55,761 bases of DNA, from the IMG/VR virus record IMGVR_UViG_3300045988_162287; one strand, given 5' to 3'. The number at the start of each line of letters is the position of its first letter. Position 1 is the stretch's first letter. The notes beneath the pieces were generated by a model that was given only the letters and a program-made list of their open reading frames with translations, did not search any database and was not told where the DNA came from. Position numbers and translations under genes: made by a program. Origin of the DNA: a virus. Positions 16,726-27,101 of this stretch are shown here, in pieces.

Positions 16726-17265
16726 ATGCTCGAATTGACGGTTGAAGGTGAACTCTACGACGAGTCGGAGAACGAATTTATCACTGTAGGACCGCGAATC
16801 GTTCGATTCGAGCATTCGCTTCTTTCCGTTTCAAAATGGGAGTCGATCTGGAGAAAACCGTTCCTTGACGACGAATCCAAAAGCATCAAGGAAACGCGGT
16901 CATATTTTCGTTGTATGGCGATCGATGATATCTCGGATACCGAACTCGATCTGATCATGCTCGATCATTTTTCCGAACTTAATCATTACATCGAATCGTC
17001 GCAAACGGCGACCACGATCAATCACATGTCCAAAGGACGTCATTCATCATCCAAGGTGACGTCCGAACTTATCTATTATTGGATGTTTTCCGCTGGAATA
17101 CCCGCGCAACCATGCGAGACGTGGCATCTCAGCCGTCTTATCGCCCTGATCGAGATATTCGGAGTCAAGAATTCGCCGAAAAAGAAGATGGCAAAGTCTG
17201 ATATTTCGAAAATGTACAGGGAGATGAATGCCCGACGTCGAGCAGAGACTGGGAGCAAGGGATGA
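16726..17265 (+). CDS. Tail assembly chaperone-like protein
   Basis: SLLSVSKWESIWRKPFL...SELIYYWMFSAGIPAQPCETWHLSRLIALIE pattern seen in Gram-positive siphophage chaperones; lies downstream of the major tail gene. Confidence 0.5.
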   Translation: MLELTVEGELYDESENEFITVGPRIVRFEHSLLSVSKWESIWRKPFLDDESKSIKETRSYFRCMAIDDISDTELDLIMLDHFSELNHYIESSQTATTINHMSKGRHSSSKVTSELIYYWMFSAGIPAQPCETWHLSRLIALIEIFGVKNSPKKKMAKSDISKMYREMNARRRAETGSKG

Positions 17266-18311
17266 AAGGAATACTCATGGCATTGAATGGTATTGATATC
17301 GCCAGCTATCAGGCTGGTCTTGATTTTTCTAAGGTTCCTTGTGATTTCGCCATAATCAAGGCGACGCAGGGTACCGGTTACACCAACCCGGATTGTGTCC
17401 GAGCGGTCGAACAAGCCATGTCTCTCGGCAAGGGAGTTGGCGTCTATCATTATATTTCCGGCGGCAATGCGGTCGCCGAAGCAAATTTCTTCATTGATTC
17501 GATCCTTAACTGGATCGGCAAGGTGATGATCTGTCTTGACTGGGAATTCGACCAGAATTCGGCATGGGGCAATGAGTCCTATCTCGAGCAGGTGATCAAT
17601 CAGGTTATCGCACGAACCGGTGTTCCTCCGATGATCTATGCGCCGGCATCACGGTATAATGAGGTGGCTCCCGTGGCCCAGCGTAACAATTGCGGACTGT
17701 GGATTGCGCAGTACGCCGATATGAATCCGACCGGGTATCAGAATACACCGTGGAATGAAGGCGCTTATACCTGCGCCATCCGTCAGTATTCGGGCTCTGG
17801 TCGATTGAACGGTTGGAATGGCGATCTTGATCTTGATAAGTTCTACGGCTCGTTGGACGACTTCCGGAAGTATTACGGCAGCTCGTCGAGCACTCCGTCA
17901 AAGCCGTCGACTTCTGGTCCGTCCGGCACCACGCTTCAGCTGGCGACGTGGACGATGGAAGGCAAGTATGGCAATGGTGCGGATCGCAAGAAGAATCTCG
18001 GATCCCGATACGATGAGGTGCAGAACTTCATCAACCACATCGCCTCCGCCGATGTCAACACACTCGTCAATGAGGTCTATGCCGGTATGTATGGCGACGG
18101 CTTGACTCGTCAGACCGTGCTCGGCTCCCGCTATGACGAGGTCCAGGGTGCGATCAACGCCAACTCCGCGCAGTATTACACGGTGCAGTCCGGCGACAAC
18201 CTGGGTAAGATCGCCATTCAGTTCGGCACCACGGTCGATCAGCTCGTGGCGTGGAACAACATTGCCAATCCCGATCTCATTTACGCCGGTCAAACCATTC
18301 GAGTCAAGTAG
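17262..18311 (+). CDS. Endolysin: GH25 muramidase + two CW_7 repeats + LysM
   Basis: GIDIASYQAGLDFSKV...AIIKATQGTGY (GH25). GKYGNGADRKKNLGSRYDEVQNFIN and GMYGDGLTRQTVLGSRYDEVQGAIN (CW_7). YYTVQSGDNLGKIAIQFGTTVDQLVAWNNI (LysM). Alternative start at ATG 17277. Confidence 0.9.
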   Translation: MKGILMALNGIDIASYQAGLDFSKVPCDFAIIKATQGTGYTNPDCVRAVEQAMSLGKGVGVYHYISGGNAVAEANFFIDSILNWIGKVMICLDWEFDQNSAWGNESYLEQVINQVIARTGVPPMIYAPASRYNEVAPVAQRNNCGLWIAQYADMNPTGYQNTPWNEGAYTCAIRQYSGSGRLNGWNGDLDLDKFYGSLDDFRKYYGSSSSTPSKPSTSGPSGTTLQLATWTMEGKYGNGADRKKNLGSRYDEVQNFINHIASADVNTLVNEVYAGMYGDGLTRQTVLGSRYDEVQGAINANSAQYYTVQSGDNLGKIAIQFGTTVDQLVAWNNIANPDLIYAGQTIRVK

Positions 18312-18317
18312 GTCAAA

Positions 18318-18698
18318 ATGAGGGTGAAATTCGAAGTGTCTGGCGGTTTCACGAAGACCGAGCGGTTTCTCAACCGCATGAAGCGTCGTGAATACCTGAA
18401 CGTGCTCGATGAGTTCGGCCGTGACGGCGTTCAGGCACTTCGAAACGCCACCCCTGTCGATTCCGGTGCCACGGCCGAGGCGTGGGATTACGAGATCAAA
18501 CGCACCCGTAATTACACCGAGATTGTTTGGACCAATTCCAACATCAACGACGGCGTTCCGATTGCCGTCATCCTCCAGTACGGTCACGGCACCGGTACCG
18601 GAGGCTATGTCCAGGGTCGTGATTACATCAACCCGGCGATCCGACCCATATTCGATAAGATAGCCGAGAAGGCTTGGAAGGTGGTGACTTCTGCATGA
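18318..18698 (+). CDS. HK97 gp10-like head-tail/tail component
   Basis: 126 aa; ATPVDSGATAEAW resembles the P.DTG.L motif of the gp10 family. Confidence 0.5.
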   Translation: MRVKFEVSGGFTKTERFLNRMKRREYLNVLDEFGRDGVQALRNATPVDSGATAEAWDYEIKRTRNYTEIVWTNSNINDGVPIAVILQYGHGTGTGGYVQGRDYINPAIRPIFDKIAEKAWKVVTSA

Positions 18699-21600
18699 GC
18701 AGCATCGACGAACGCGTCGTAAAGATGCGTCTTGATAATAGCCAATTCGAGCAGGGTGTCAACAAGACCTCCGGTCTTCTCGGTAAGCTCAAGCAGGCAT
18801 TAAACCTCGACAAGTCGGTCGAATCGATCAGCAATGTCGATAAGGCCGTAAACGGCGTCAGCTTCAATCCGCTGACCTCCGGTCTTCAGGGAGTCCAGTC
18901 CGGCTTTAACGCCATGGGCGCCGTGGCGTTCTCCGTGCTCAACCGCATGACCAATGCGGCCATTGATGCCGGGAAGAGTATCACCAACGCCTTGACCGCT
19001 TCGGTCCGTGACGGTTTCGCCGAATACGAGACCCAGATGAACGCCGTGCAGACGATTCTGGCGAACACCCAGTCAAAAGGATCGACGATCGACGACGTCA
19101 ATTCGGCACTCGACACGCTGAACACCTACGCCGACAAGACCATCTATAACTTCACGGAGATGACGAGGAACATCGGCACCTTTACGGCTGCCGGTGTTGA
19201 TCTTCAGACATCGGTGGATTCGATCAAGGGTATCGCCAACCTTGCGGCTGTTTCCGGTTCGAGTTCCGCCCAGGCCTCGCAGGCCATGTATCAGTTGTCG
19301 CAGGCAATCGCCGCCGGAAAGGTCCAGCTTATGGACTGGAACTCGGTGGTCAACGCCGGTATGGGCGGCGAGGTCTTCCAGAATGCCCTGAAGCGCACTG
19401 CCGAGAACTTCGGCACCAACGTCGACGGTATGATCCAGAAGTACGGATCGTTCCGAGAATCGCTGACCGAGGGCGGATGGCTCACTACCGATGTCCTTAC
19501 GGAGACGTTGAAGCAACTTTCCGGAGCGTATACCGAAGCAGATCTTGTTTCTCAGGGCTATACCGAGGAACAGGCCAAGCAGATCGTCCAGTTGGCCAAT
19601 ACGGCCGAAGGCGCCGCAACCGACGTCAAGACGTTCTCTCAGTTGATCGATACGACAAAAGAAGCATTGGGATCTGGTTGGACCAATACTTTCGAAATCA
19701 TATTTGGCGACTTCGAAGAAGCCAAGGAGCTATGGTCTGGTGTCGCCAATGTTATTTCTGATGTCGTTAATCGATCGTCAGAATCGAGAAACAACCTTCT
19801 TCAGGGATGGAAGGATCTCGGCGGAAGAACCGAACTGATTGAAGGCCTGTCCAACGTCTTTGAATCCCTCGGTAAGGTGTTATCGACCGTCGGTAATGCA
19901 TTTCGGAAGGTGTTTCCTCCGACAACGTCTCAGCAACTTATGGATATTACCAAGGCGTTCGCTTCGTTTACGGAAAGCCTCGTTCCTTCCGAATCGACGC
20001 TAAACAAGATCGGCCGAGTTGCTGAGGGCGTCTTCTCCGTCTTTGATATCGGCGTGCAGGCCGTCAAAGCTGTTGGCGAGGCCATCTCCACGGCATTCGG
20101 ATCTGACAGCATGGGCAGTTTGCTCAACAATCTGCTCGATATCGCCGCCGGATTCGGAGATTGGCTTGTCGGACTTGATAATTCGATCAAGCAGTTCGGC
20201 ATATTCGAAGGAGCGGCCAAGAAAGTAGAAACGGCCGTCAGTAGTGTTCTTGGTCTGTTCAGTTCCTTCACCGGTAGAATCTCGTCGATGGGATCCACCA
20301 TCGGATCGATCGCTTCGACAATTGGATCCACCATCGGATCGATCGCTTCGACAATTGGTAATACTCTTGGCGGAGCGTTCGAACGGGTCAAGAACGTCAT
20401 CAGTGATGTCTTGACGTGGATCACCGACAACATCTCCGGTGGTGATATTTTCGCCGGCCTCGCCGGTGGTGGCATCTTCCTCGCTGCACAGAAGATCGGC
20501 GGTGCATTCGATAAGATCAAGGAGGCCGTTGAAGGCCTCTTCGGTAACGGGGCTGAAAAGCTCAAGAAGGGTGCTGGCGTATTCGATGAGATCCTAGACG
20601 GTCTTCAAGAATCGTTGAACGCATTCACGGGAAGCGTCAAGGCGTTTACTCTTGTAGAGATCGCCGGATCCATCGCGCTGCTTGTTAACTCGATGGAGAA
20701 GATCGCTGCCCTCAGTGGTGGTGAAGTCGTTGGCGGCGTTTCGGCCATCGGCGGCATGATGACCGAGCTTAACCTCAGTCTTAAATCGATCACGAAGACG
20801 GTGAAGGGCGTTAAGACCACCGATCTCATCAAGACCGGTGCGGCCCTCATAGAATTCGCGAAGGCTGTGGACATGTTGGCCAACGCCATGTCCACGATCG
20901 GTAATCTCAAGTGGGACGAGATCGCCAAGGGCCTCACCGGCATGGGCGGCGCCATGGCGGAGCTCGTCGCTGCCGCCAAGGGTCTGAGCTACGCCAAGGT
21001 CGATCTCAAGACGGCAGGCTCGCTTATCGCCATGGCCCAAGCGGTCAAAATGGTGGCAGATCCGCTCAAGAAGCTCGGTAACATGAGCTGGGATCAGGTC
21101 GGCAAGGGCCTATCTGCCATGGGCGGCGCCCTGACGGAGATGGGTACAGTCACTGGTCTGCTCGGCCGATTCGGCAAGCACAACATTTCTGCTGCCGTCA
21201 GCATGGTCGTTACGGCCAAATCCCTTGGTGATATCGCCAAGGCGTTCAATTCGTTCTCTCAGTATAGCTGGGACGAAATCGGACGCGGCCTATCTGCCAT
21301 GGGCGGTGCTTTGGGCGAAGTCGGGCTCGTTACCGGCGCCTTGGGCAAGATTGCAGGATTCTCTGGAATTCTAGCTAGCGGTTCCATTTTCATTACAGTG
21401 CAGTCCCTTGATGATATCGCCAAAGTATTCGGATCGTTCACTCAATACGACTGGGGTGAAATCGGACGCGGTCTGGCGGCCATGGGCGGTGCCCTTGGCG
21501 AGGTTGGACTCGTCACTGGAGCCCTCGGAAAGCTCGCGGGCTTCTCAGGCATCATCGGTGGCGGATCGATCCTTATCACAGCGCAGAGTCTCGGCGACAT

Positions 21601-24277
21601 CGCATCGGCGTTCGGATCGTTCACTCAATACGACTGGGGCGAAATCGGACGTGGTCTGACGGCCATGGGTGGTGCTCTCGGCGAGGTTGGCGTCATATCC
21701 GGCGCTTTGGGTAAACTCGCTGGTTTGTCCGGAATCATCGGATCTGGCTCCATAGTTCTTACTGCTCAGGGTCTTGGTGATATCGCCCAAGCGTTCAATT
21801 CGTTCTCTCAGTATAGCTGGGATGAGATCGGACGCGGCCTTACCGCCATGGGCGGCGCTCTCGGCGAGGTCGCGGTCGTTAGCGGTGCATTGGGTAAACT
21901 CGCTGGTTTGTCCGGATTGATCGGAGCCGGCACAATCAACCTCACCGTGCAAGGTCTTGACGAGATTGCCCAAGCGTTCAATTCGTTCTCTCAGTATAGC
22001 TGGGATGAGATCGGACGCGGCCTTGTTGCCATGGGCGGTGCCATGGGCGAGGTCGCCGCCATATCCGGAGCGACAGGTGCCCTGACCGGAATCGCTGGTC
22101 TGATGGGTGCCGGTACGATTACACTCGCTTCGCAAGGCCTGATCGATCTGGCGACCGCATTCGGTAAGTTCGCCGAATTCAATTGGGATGAGATCGGTAG
22201 GGGTCTGACGGCCATGGGCGCCGCGATGGGCGAGACCGCGCTTGGCGGCCTGCTCAACACCTTCTCCGGATTCGGTGCCAGTGCCATCGAGAAGATGGCC
22301 GCTCCGCTCGGAACGCTCGCTGATTCCATTAAGAAGTGGGAAGGCGTGGCCGTTCCGGACGATCTGGCCGATCAGCTCGGAAGGATCGCCGATGGCGTAG
22401 GCAAGTTCACGATGGCTGGATGGGGCAGCGATACCGTTGCCAACATCGCCCAGCCGATGAACGTCCTCGCTGATGCGGTGGCCAAGTGGTCGACGATCAC
22501 GTTCCCGACCGATATCGCAACGCAGCTTGGCTCGTTGGCCAGTGGAGTCGAGGCGTTCACACTGGCCTTTGCTGGTGGATGGTCGCTCAATGCCGTGGTC
22601 GGTCCGCTTGGAACGCTCGCCGATTCCGTTAAGAAGTGGGACGGCGTTGAGGTTCCCGGTGGCATTCAAGGCAATCTCACCGCTCTTGCGAACGGCGTGA
22701 AGGCGTTCACGCTTGCATTCGCCGGCGGCTGGTCGATTGACGCCGTCATTGGCCCCTTGGGACAACTGCCAGGGGCCGTTAAGAAGTGGAACGGCGTGGA
22801 GGTTCCTGGCGGCATTCAAGGCAATCTTACCGCTCTCGCCAATGGTGTGAAAGCGTTCACGCTGGCCTTCGTTGGTGGATGGTCGATAAATGCAGTCATT
22901 GGCCCTTTGGGACAACTGGCAGGGGAAGTCAAGAAATGGAACGGCGTTGAGGTTCCTGGAGGAATTCAAGGCAATCTTACCGCTCTCGCTAATGGCGTGA
23001 AGGCGTTTACTGGTATTGGATCCGGGATCGCGGAATCCATGTCAAATGCCGCTTCCGGGGTTCGATCCATTGCTACGGCGGCAACTAGTTTGTCGGCGGC
23101 GAACCTGTCTGGTGTATCGAAGCAGATTTCGAATTTCATCACTTCGCTGAACAACACACCGGCAGTGACGAGCACCCTTCCGGATCAGCTCAAATCCTTC
23201 GCGACCAACCTGTCGACATCGATGCAGAACATCGCCACCGCGATTTCGACCAACGGATCAACCATATCCGCTGGATTCACGCAGTTCAAGGCATCGGTTA
23301 CCAATGGATTGTCCGGGGTTGGATCCATCGTCAGCCAGAACATGTCGAGTATGTCCACCGCCATCATCGGCGCCACCTCGACCATCAACGGCGGATTGCA
23401 TTCAATCGTCAGTGTCGTACTGGCCTTCGCCGGAAGTATGAGGAACGCCCTTAACGAGTCGACAACATCGACGGCGGCCGGACTTCGGGCCACGGTGAAC
23501 AGGATCGATTCTTTCCAGTCACAGTTCCGCACGGCCGGTCAACATCTAGCTGATGGTCTGCTGAACGGCATGCGATCGAATTCATCACAGTTCGCCGGAG
23601 TGTTCTCATCGTCCGTCAATCAGGCCGTTAACAGCGTCAGAGGATATTATAACGGATTCTATAACACCGGACGATATCTCGTCGAGGGATTCACCAACGG
23701 CATAAATGATTACGCGAGATCAGCGGCCGCCGCAGCGGCCAATATGGCCAGTTCGGCCAAGACGGCTGCCGATCGCACCTTGGATGTCGGTTCCCCGTCG
23801 AAGGTCATGATGCAGGTCGGTCGATTCTTCACCGAAGGATTCTCGATCGGCATTACTGATCGAGAGGACATGGTCAGCGATTCTTCCGAGAAGGTCGCGC
23901 AGAAGGCGATATCCACGTTGAATGACATGCTGGCGACATCATCGATCGACGATCTGTTCGACGCGAGTCCGACGATCACCCCGGTGCTTGACCTAAGTGC
24001 CATCAGCAAGCAGGCTGGATCGATCGATTCGATGTTGTCGAGATCCATCGCTCCGTCAGAGACCGAGCTCAGGGAAATCGATCGTCGATTCCGTCAAAAT
24101 GAGAGTGGTTCTCGGACAACGGAGAAGGATACGAGCGGTCCGAAGTCGGTCAACATCGAATACAACCAGACGTTGAATTCGCCGACCAGTCTCAGTCGTT
24201 ATGATATTTACCGACAGACATCGAACCAACTCAAACTCCTTCGTCAGGAATTGAAAATGTCACCTATAGGAAAGTAG
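18695..24277 (+). CDS. Tape measure protein (about 1,860 aa) with several internal tandem repeat families
   Basis: Very long, Ala/Gly-rich, helical and repeat-rich ORF upstream of the distal tail protein; ATG 18695 overlaps the upstream stop. Confidence 0.9.
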   Translation: MSSIDERVVKMRLDNSQFEQGVNKTSGLLGKLKQALNLDKSVESISNVDKAVNGVSFNPLTSGLQGVQSGFNAMGAVAFSVLNRMTNAAIDAGKSITNALTASVRDGFAEYETQMNAVQTILANTQSKGSTIDDVNSALDTLNTYADKTIYNFTEMTRNIGTFTAAGVDLQTSVDSIKGIANLAAVSGSSSAQASQAMYQLSQAIAAGKVQLMDWNSVVNAGMGGEVFQNALKRTAENFGTNVDGMIQKYGSFRESLTEGGWLTTDVLTETLKQLSGAYTEADLVSQGYTEEQAKQIVQLANTAEGAATDVKTFSQLIDTTKEALGSGWTNTFEIIFGDFEEAKELWSGVANVISDVVNRSSESRNNLLQGWKDLGGRTELIEGLSNVFESLGKVLSTVGNAFRKVFPPTTSQQLMDITKAFASFTESLVPSESTLNKIGRVAEGVFSVFDIGVQAVKAVGEAISTAFGSDSMGSLLNNLLDIAAGFGDWLVGLDNSIKQFGIFEGAAKKVETAVSSVLGLFSSFTGRISSMGSTIGSIASTIGSTIGSIASTIGNTLGGAFERVKNVISDVLTWITDNISGGDIFAGLAGGGIFLAAQKIGGAFDKIKEAVEGLFGNGAEKLKKGAGVFDEILDGLQESLNAFTGSVKAFTLVEIAGSIALLVNSMEKIAALSGGEVVGGVSAIGGMMTELNLSLKSITKTVKGVKTTDLIKTGAALIEFAKAVDMLANAMSTIGNLKWDEIAKGLTGMGGAMAELVAAAKGLSYAKVDLKTAGSLIAMAQAVKMVADPLKKLGNMSWDQVGKGLSAMGGALTEMGTVTGLLGRFGKHNISAAVSMVVTAKSLGDIAKAFNSFSQYSWDEIGRGLSAMGGALGEVGLVTGALGKIAGFSGILASGSIFITVQSLDDIAKVFGSFTQYDWGEIGRGLAAMGGALGEVGLVTGALGKLAGFSGIIGGGSILITAQSLGDIASAFGSFTQYDWGEIGRGLTAMGGALGEVGVISGALGKLAGLSGIIGSGSIVLTAQGLGDIAQAFNSFSQYSWDEIGRGLTAMGGALGEVAVVSGALGKLAGLSGLIGAGTINLTVQGLDEIAQAFNSFSQYSWDEIGRGLVAMGGAMGEVAAISGATGALTGIAGLMGAGTITLASQGLIDLATAFGKFAEFNWDEIGRGLTAMGAAMGETALGGLLNTFSGFGASAIEKMAAPLGTLADSIKKWEGVAVPDDLADQLGRIADGVGKFTMAGWGSDTVANIAQPMNVLADAVAKWSTITFPTDIATQLGSLASGVEAFTLAFAGGWSLNAVVGPLGTLADSVKKWDGVEVPGGIQGNLTALANGVKAFTLAFAGGWSIDAVIGPLGQLPGAVKKWNGVEVPGGIQGNLTALANGVKAFTLAFVGGWSINAVIGPLGQLAGEVKKWNGVEVPGGIQGNLTALANGVKAFTGIGSGIAESMSNAASGVRSIATAATSLSAANLSGVSKQISNFITSLNNTPAVTSTLPDQLKSFATNLSTSMQNIATAISTNGSTISAGFTQFKASVTNGLSGVGSIVSQNMSSMSTAIIGATSTINGGLHSIVSVVLAFAGSMRNALNESTTSTAAGLRATVNRIDSFQSQFRTAGQHLADGLLNGMRSNSSQFAGVFSSSVNQAVNSVRGYYNGFYNTGRYLVEGFTNGINDYARSAAAAAANMASSAKTAADRTLDVGSPSKVMMQVGRFFTEGFSIGITDREDMVSDSSEKVAQKAISTLNDMLATSSIDDLFDASPTITPVLDLSAISKQAGSIDSMLSRSIAPSETELREIDRRFRQNESGSRTTEKDTSGPKSVNIEYNQTLNSPTSLSRYDIYRQTSNQLKLLRQELKMSPIGK
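20291..20356 (+). repeat. Perfect 33-bp tandem duplication inside the tape measure gene
   Basis: ggatccaccatcggatcgatcgcttcgacaatt x2, encoding GSTIGSIASTI twice. Confidence 0.9.
20860..22260 (+). repeat. About eight tandem 180-bp (60-aa) repeats in the tape measure gene (approximate bounds)
   Basis: Recurring (Y/F)SWDEIGRGL.AMGGALGEVG...GALGKLAG.SGI...Q.L.DIA.AF.SF.Q units at about 180-nt spacing (for example 21241, 21421, 21601, 21781, 21961). Confidence 0.8.
22307..23020 (+). repeat. About five tandem 150-bp (50-aa) repeats in the tape measure gene (approximate bounds)
   Basis: LG.L...VKKW.GVEVPGGIQGNLTALANGVKAFTLAFAGGWSI.AVIGP units repeated head to tail. Confidence 0.8.
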
Positions 24278-24285
24278 TGGTCTCA

Positions 24286-25197
24286 ATGTTCAGGTCCATG
24301 ACAGTGATCAATGATCGAAACGAAAGTCTGACCATTTCGCTCGCCGACCCTCGGGAGAGCGGATATTTGATCTCCGGCATCGATGGTCTTGGGCCAACGA
24401 AAGCCACTCTGTGGCATTCCGAATCGGTCACCTCCGATGGTTCCGTCTTTAATGGAGCAAGAAAGGAATCGCGTGACATCACCATCACGCTTGCCTATCT
24501 ATGGGATGCCAATCACAGCATCGAGGAGTTGCGTCATAGGATCTACCGATATTTTCCGGAGAAACGAACCGTAACACTCATCTTTGAGACCGATACCAGA
24601 CGGGTGAAGACCGTCGGGCATGTCGAGAGCAACGAGGTGTCCATATTCACGAGTCAGGAGGCGTCGGCGATCACGATCAGATGTGCGGATCCGTGGTTTG
24701 AAGACGCCTCCGAGGTCTCGGAGATCGTCACGCAGTTCTCGACAGTGGAGTCGCTGTTCGAATTCCCGTTCCCGATAGCCGGTGACACCTTTGAATTCGG
24801 CAATATCAGCGTCGATCATTCGAAGATCGTCCAGTACGACGGTGAAGCCGAGGTCGGCGTCATCATCACTGTCGAACTCACCGGACCGGTTTCTAATCCC
24901 TCATTCTACAACGAGGATTGGGACGAGTCGATCCTGATCTACACCGATAAGGTTAAGAGCATCATCGGATCCGATCTCCAGTCGGGGGATCAGATCATCA
25001 TATCGACCGTTTCCGGAAAAAAATACGCAAGAATCCGTAGGGAGGGCATCGATTACAACGTTCTCAACGCCATCGACAGGGCTGTGAGTTGGATTACACT
25101 GTATCCTGGAAACAATGTCATCACCTATATGGCCGAATCAGGTATCGATAACATGATGGTGTCCGTATCCAGTAAGATTCTTTACGCCGGAGTGTGA
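24286..25197 (+). CDS. Distal tail protein (Dit, siphovirus tail family)
   Basis: Immediately after the tape measure gene; SLTISLADPRESGYLISGIDGLGPTKATLWHSES...GARKESRDITITLAYL fits the Dit N-terminal pattern. Confidence 0.7.
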   Translation: MFRSMTVINDRNESLTISLADPRESGYLISGIDGLGPTKATLWHSESVTSDGSVFNGARKESRDITITLAYLWDANHSIEELRHRIYRYFPEKRTVTLIFETDTRRVKTVGHVESNEVSIFTSQEASAITIRCADPWFEDASEVSEIVTQFSTVESLFEFPFPIAGDTFEFGNISVDHSKIVQYDGEAEVGVIITVELTGPVSNPSFYNEDWDESILIYTDKVKSIIGSDLQSGDQIIISTVSGKKYARIRREGIDYNVLNAIDRAVSWITLYPGNNVITYMAESGIDNMMVSVSSKILYAGV

Positions 25198-25199
25198 TC

Positions 25200-26408
25200 A
25201 TGGCGAAACGAATGGAATTTTTCGTACTGGACAAATCGTTTAAGGTCATCGACATCGTCGATGAGTTTGAATCGGTTATTTGGACCGAGCGGTTCTCGGC
25301 TTATGGCGATTTCGAATTCTACGTTCGGGCGAGTATCGAGAATATCCAACGGTTCCCGAAAGGATATTATCTGTTCTATCCCGATTCCGTATCGACCATG
25401 GTGATCGATCAGGTGAAGATCACCAGCAATCTCGAAGATGGAGATCATCTTGTCGTGAGCGGTCGTTCCTTGGAGTCGCTTCTGTTGAGACGAGTCATTC
25501 CGAAGAAAGTCACGTACAAAGGCGATATTCAGATCGCAATTCAGACGATTCTGAACGAGAATGTCATCAAGCCAACGGAAGCACGACGGAAGATCGACAA
25601 CTTCGTTTTTGAAAAGAACAACGATCTTCCTGACACTTCGTCGGAGACCGATGATGGATACGAATTCGATGGCGACACCGTATACGACGCCGTCAAGACG
25701 ATTCTCGACTCCAAGAAATACGGATTCCGTCTTAGTTTGGCAACGGCCGACCGTTGGATCGATACGAAAATGACGTTTCGCATCATAAACGGAACCGATC
25801 ATTCATATGAACAGGATAAGAATCCATATGTGATATTTTCATCGAATTACGGAAATCTGGTTTCATCGGACACCACTATGGACTATCGTGAACTCTATAA
25901 CGCCGCATACGTCGGCGGGTCCGAGACACGAAACGATGATGGTTCGACGAAACGTCTGGTCGCCTATGTCCCAAATGAGGACGGATCTATCGGATGGGAT
26001 TATCACGAAACGTTCTATGGCGGACTATCGGTCCAGCAAAACGATGATGAGGGAAAACCGCTTCCGGATTCCACGGTACTTAACTCCCTCAAATCGGAAG
26101 GAAGGAAGGAACTCAAAAAGGTTGGTTCCGGTATCACCTTCGATGCAGAGGTATCATCAACTACTGGCATGGTCTACAACGAAGATTACACTATCGGTGA
26201 TATTGTGCAATTCGAGAACGCCTATAACATGGCGTATCCGGCCAAGATCACCGAGTATATTCGTAACTGGGATACCAATGGATACAGCGAGTATCCGACA
26301 TTGGAGACGATCGTCGATTCCTTGACATCGATCGATGATTCCTCCGGATTACCGATTCGAGATTCCACCGACAACACCTTGCATTCCTCGGTGAAGATAG
26401 ACGATTAA
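25200..26408 (+). CDS. Minor tail / baseplate protein (siphovirus Gp37-like)
   Basis: FESVIWTERFSAYGDFEFYV...VIDQVKI motif characteristic of the Gp37-like family; follows Dit. Confidence 0.6.
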   Translation: MAKRMEFFVLDKSFKVIDIVDEFESVIWTERFSAYGDFEFYVRASIENIQRFPKGYYLFYPDSVSTMVIDQVKITSNLEDGDHLVVSGRSLESLLLRRVIPKKVTYKGDIQIAIQTILNENVIKPTEARRKIDNFVFEKNNDLPDTSSETDDGYEFDGDTVYDAVKTILDSKKYGFRLSLATADRWIDTKMTFRIINGTDHSYEQDKNPYVIFSSNYGNLVSSDTTMDYRELYNAAYVGGSETRNDDGSTKRLVAYVPNEDGSIGWDYHETFYGGLSVQQNDDEGKPLPDSTVLNSLKSEGRKELKKVGSGITFDAEVSSTTGMVYNEDYTIGDIVQFENAYNMAYPAKITEYIRNWDTNGYSEYPTLETIVDSLTSIDDSSGLPIRDSTDNTLHSSVKIDD

Positions 26409-26425
26409 CCAGAAAGGAGTAAGCC

Positions 26426-27088
26426 ATGGCCGTTACCTCAGGATTTTTCAATTCCTCGAACCATGATCGTGTGTACAACAATATTCAGATGGGGCAGATT
26501 TTCGATGGCATCATCAACGATGGCGTGCTTCCGAATTTCGAGGACCATCTGGTCGTTAAGTCGGGAAGCGGCATGCAGGTCATTGTCGGATCCGGTCGAG
26601 CCTGGTTCAATCATACATGGACCTATAATTCCACCGATCTTCCGTTGACGATCGATTCTGCGTCGGCCACTCAGGACCGTATCGATGCCGTGGTGCTTCG
26701 GGTCGATACCTCATTGGCGGTCAGGGCCAATAGTATTCTCATCAAGAAGGGAACACCAAGCGGAAGTCCACAACGTCCGACTATGACCAAGACGTCGGAT
26801 ATTTCCGAATATCCCTTGGCGTACGTTAAGGTCGCTCATGGTACCATGAACATCACCTCCGCCGACATCACCAACGCCATCGGCACGAGCGCATGTCCTC
26901 TGGCGACGCTGGTCGAGAACACCTTTGACGCCGATACCATCATCAGACAGTGGCAGGCGCAATTCGACGACACCATGGAGTCCAACAAAAAGGAGTGGCA
27001 CGAGCTCATCGAGAGTGTCGTGACCGATCCGTCGGCCATCACGTCGATCCCCAACTCCGTCATCGACGACATGTTCGTCATTCACTAA
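26426..27088 (+). CDS. Tail fibre / baseplate-associated protein
   Basis: MAVTSGFFNSSNHDRVYNNIQMGQIFDGIINDGV N-terminus common in Gram-positive phage tail tip proteins; lies in the tail module. Confidence 0.45.
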   Translation: MAVTSGFFNSSNHDRVYNNIQMGQIFDGIINDGVLPNFEDHLVVKSGSGMQVIVGSGRAWFNHTWTYNSTDLPLTIDSASATQDRIDAVVLRVDTSLAVRANSILIKKGTPSGSPQRPTMTKTSDISEYPLAYVKVAHGTMNITSADITNAIGTSACPLATLVENTFDADTIIRQWQAQFDDTMESNKKEWHELIESVVTDPSAITSIPNSVIDDMFVIH

Positions 27089-27101
27089 GGAAGGAATCAT
27101 T

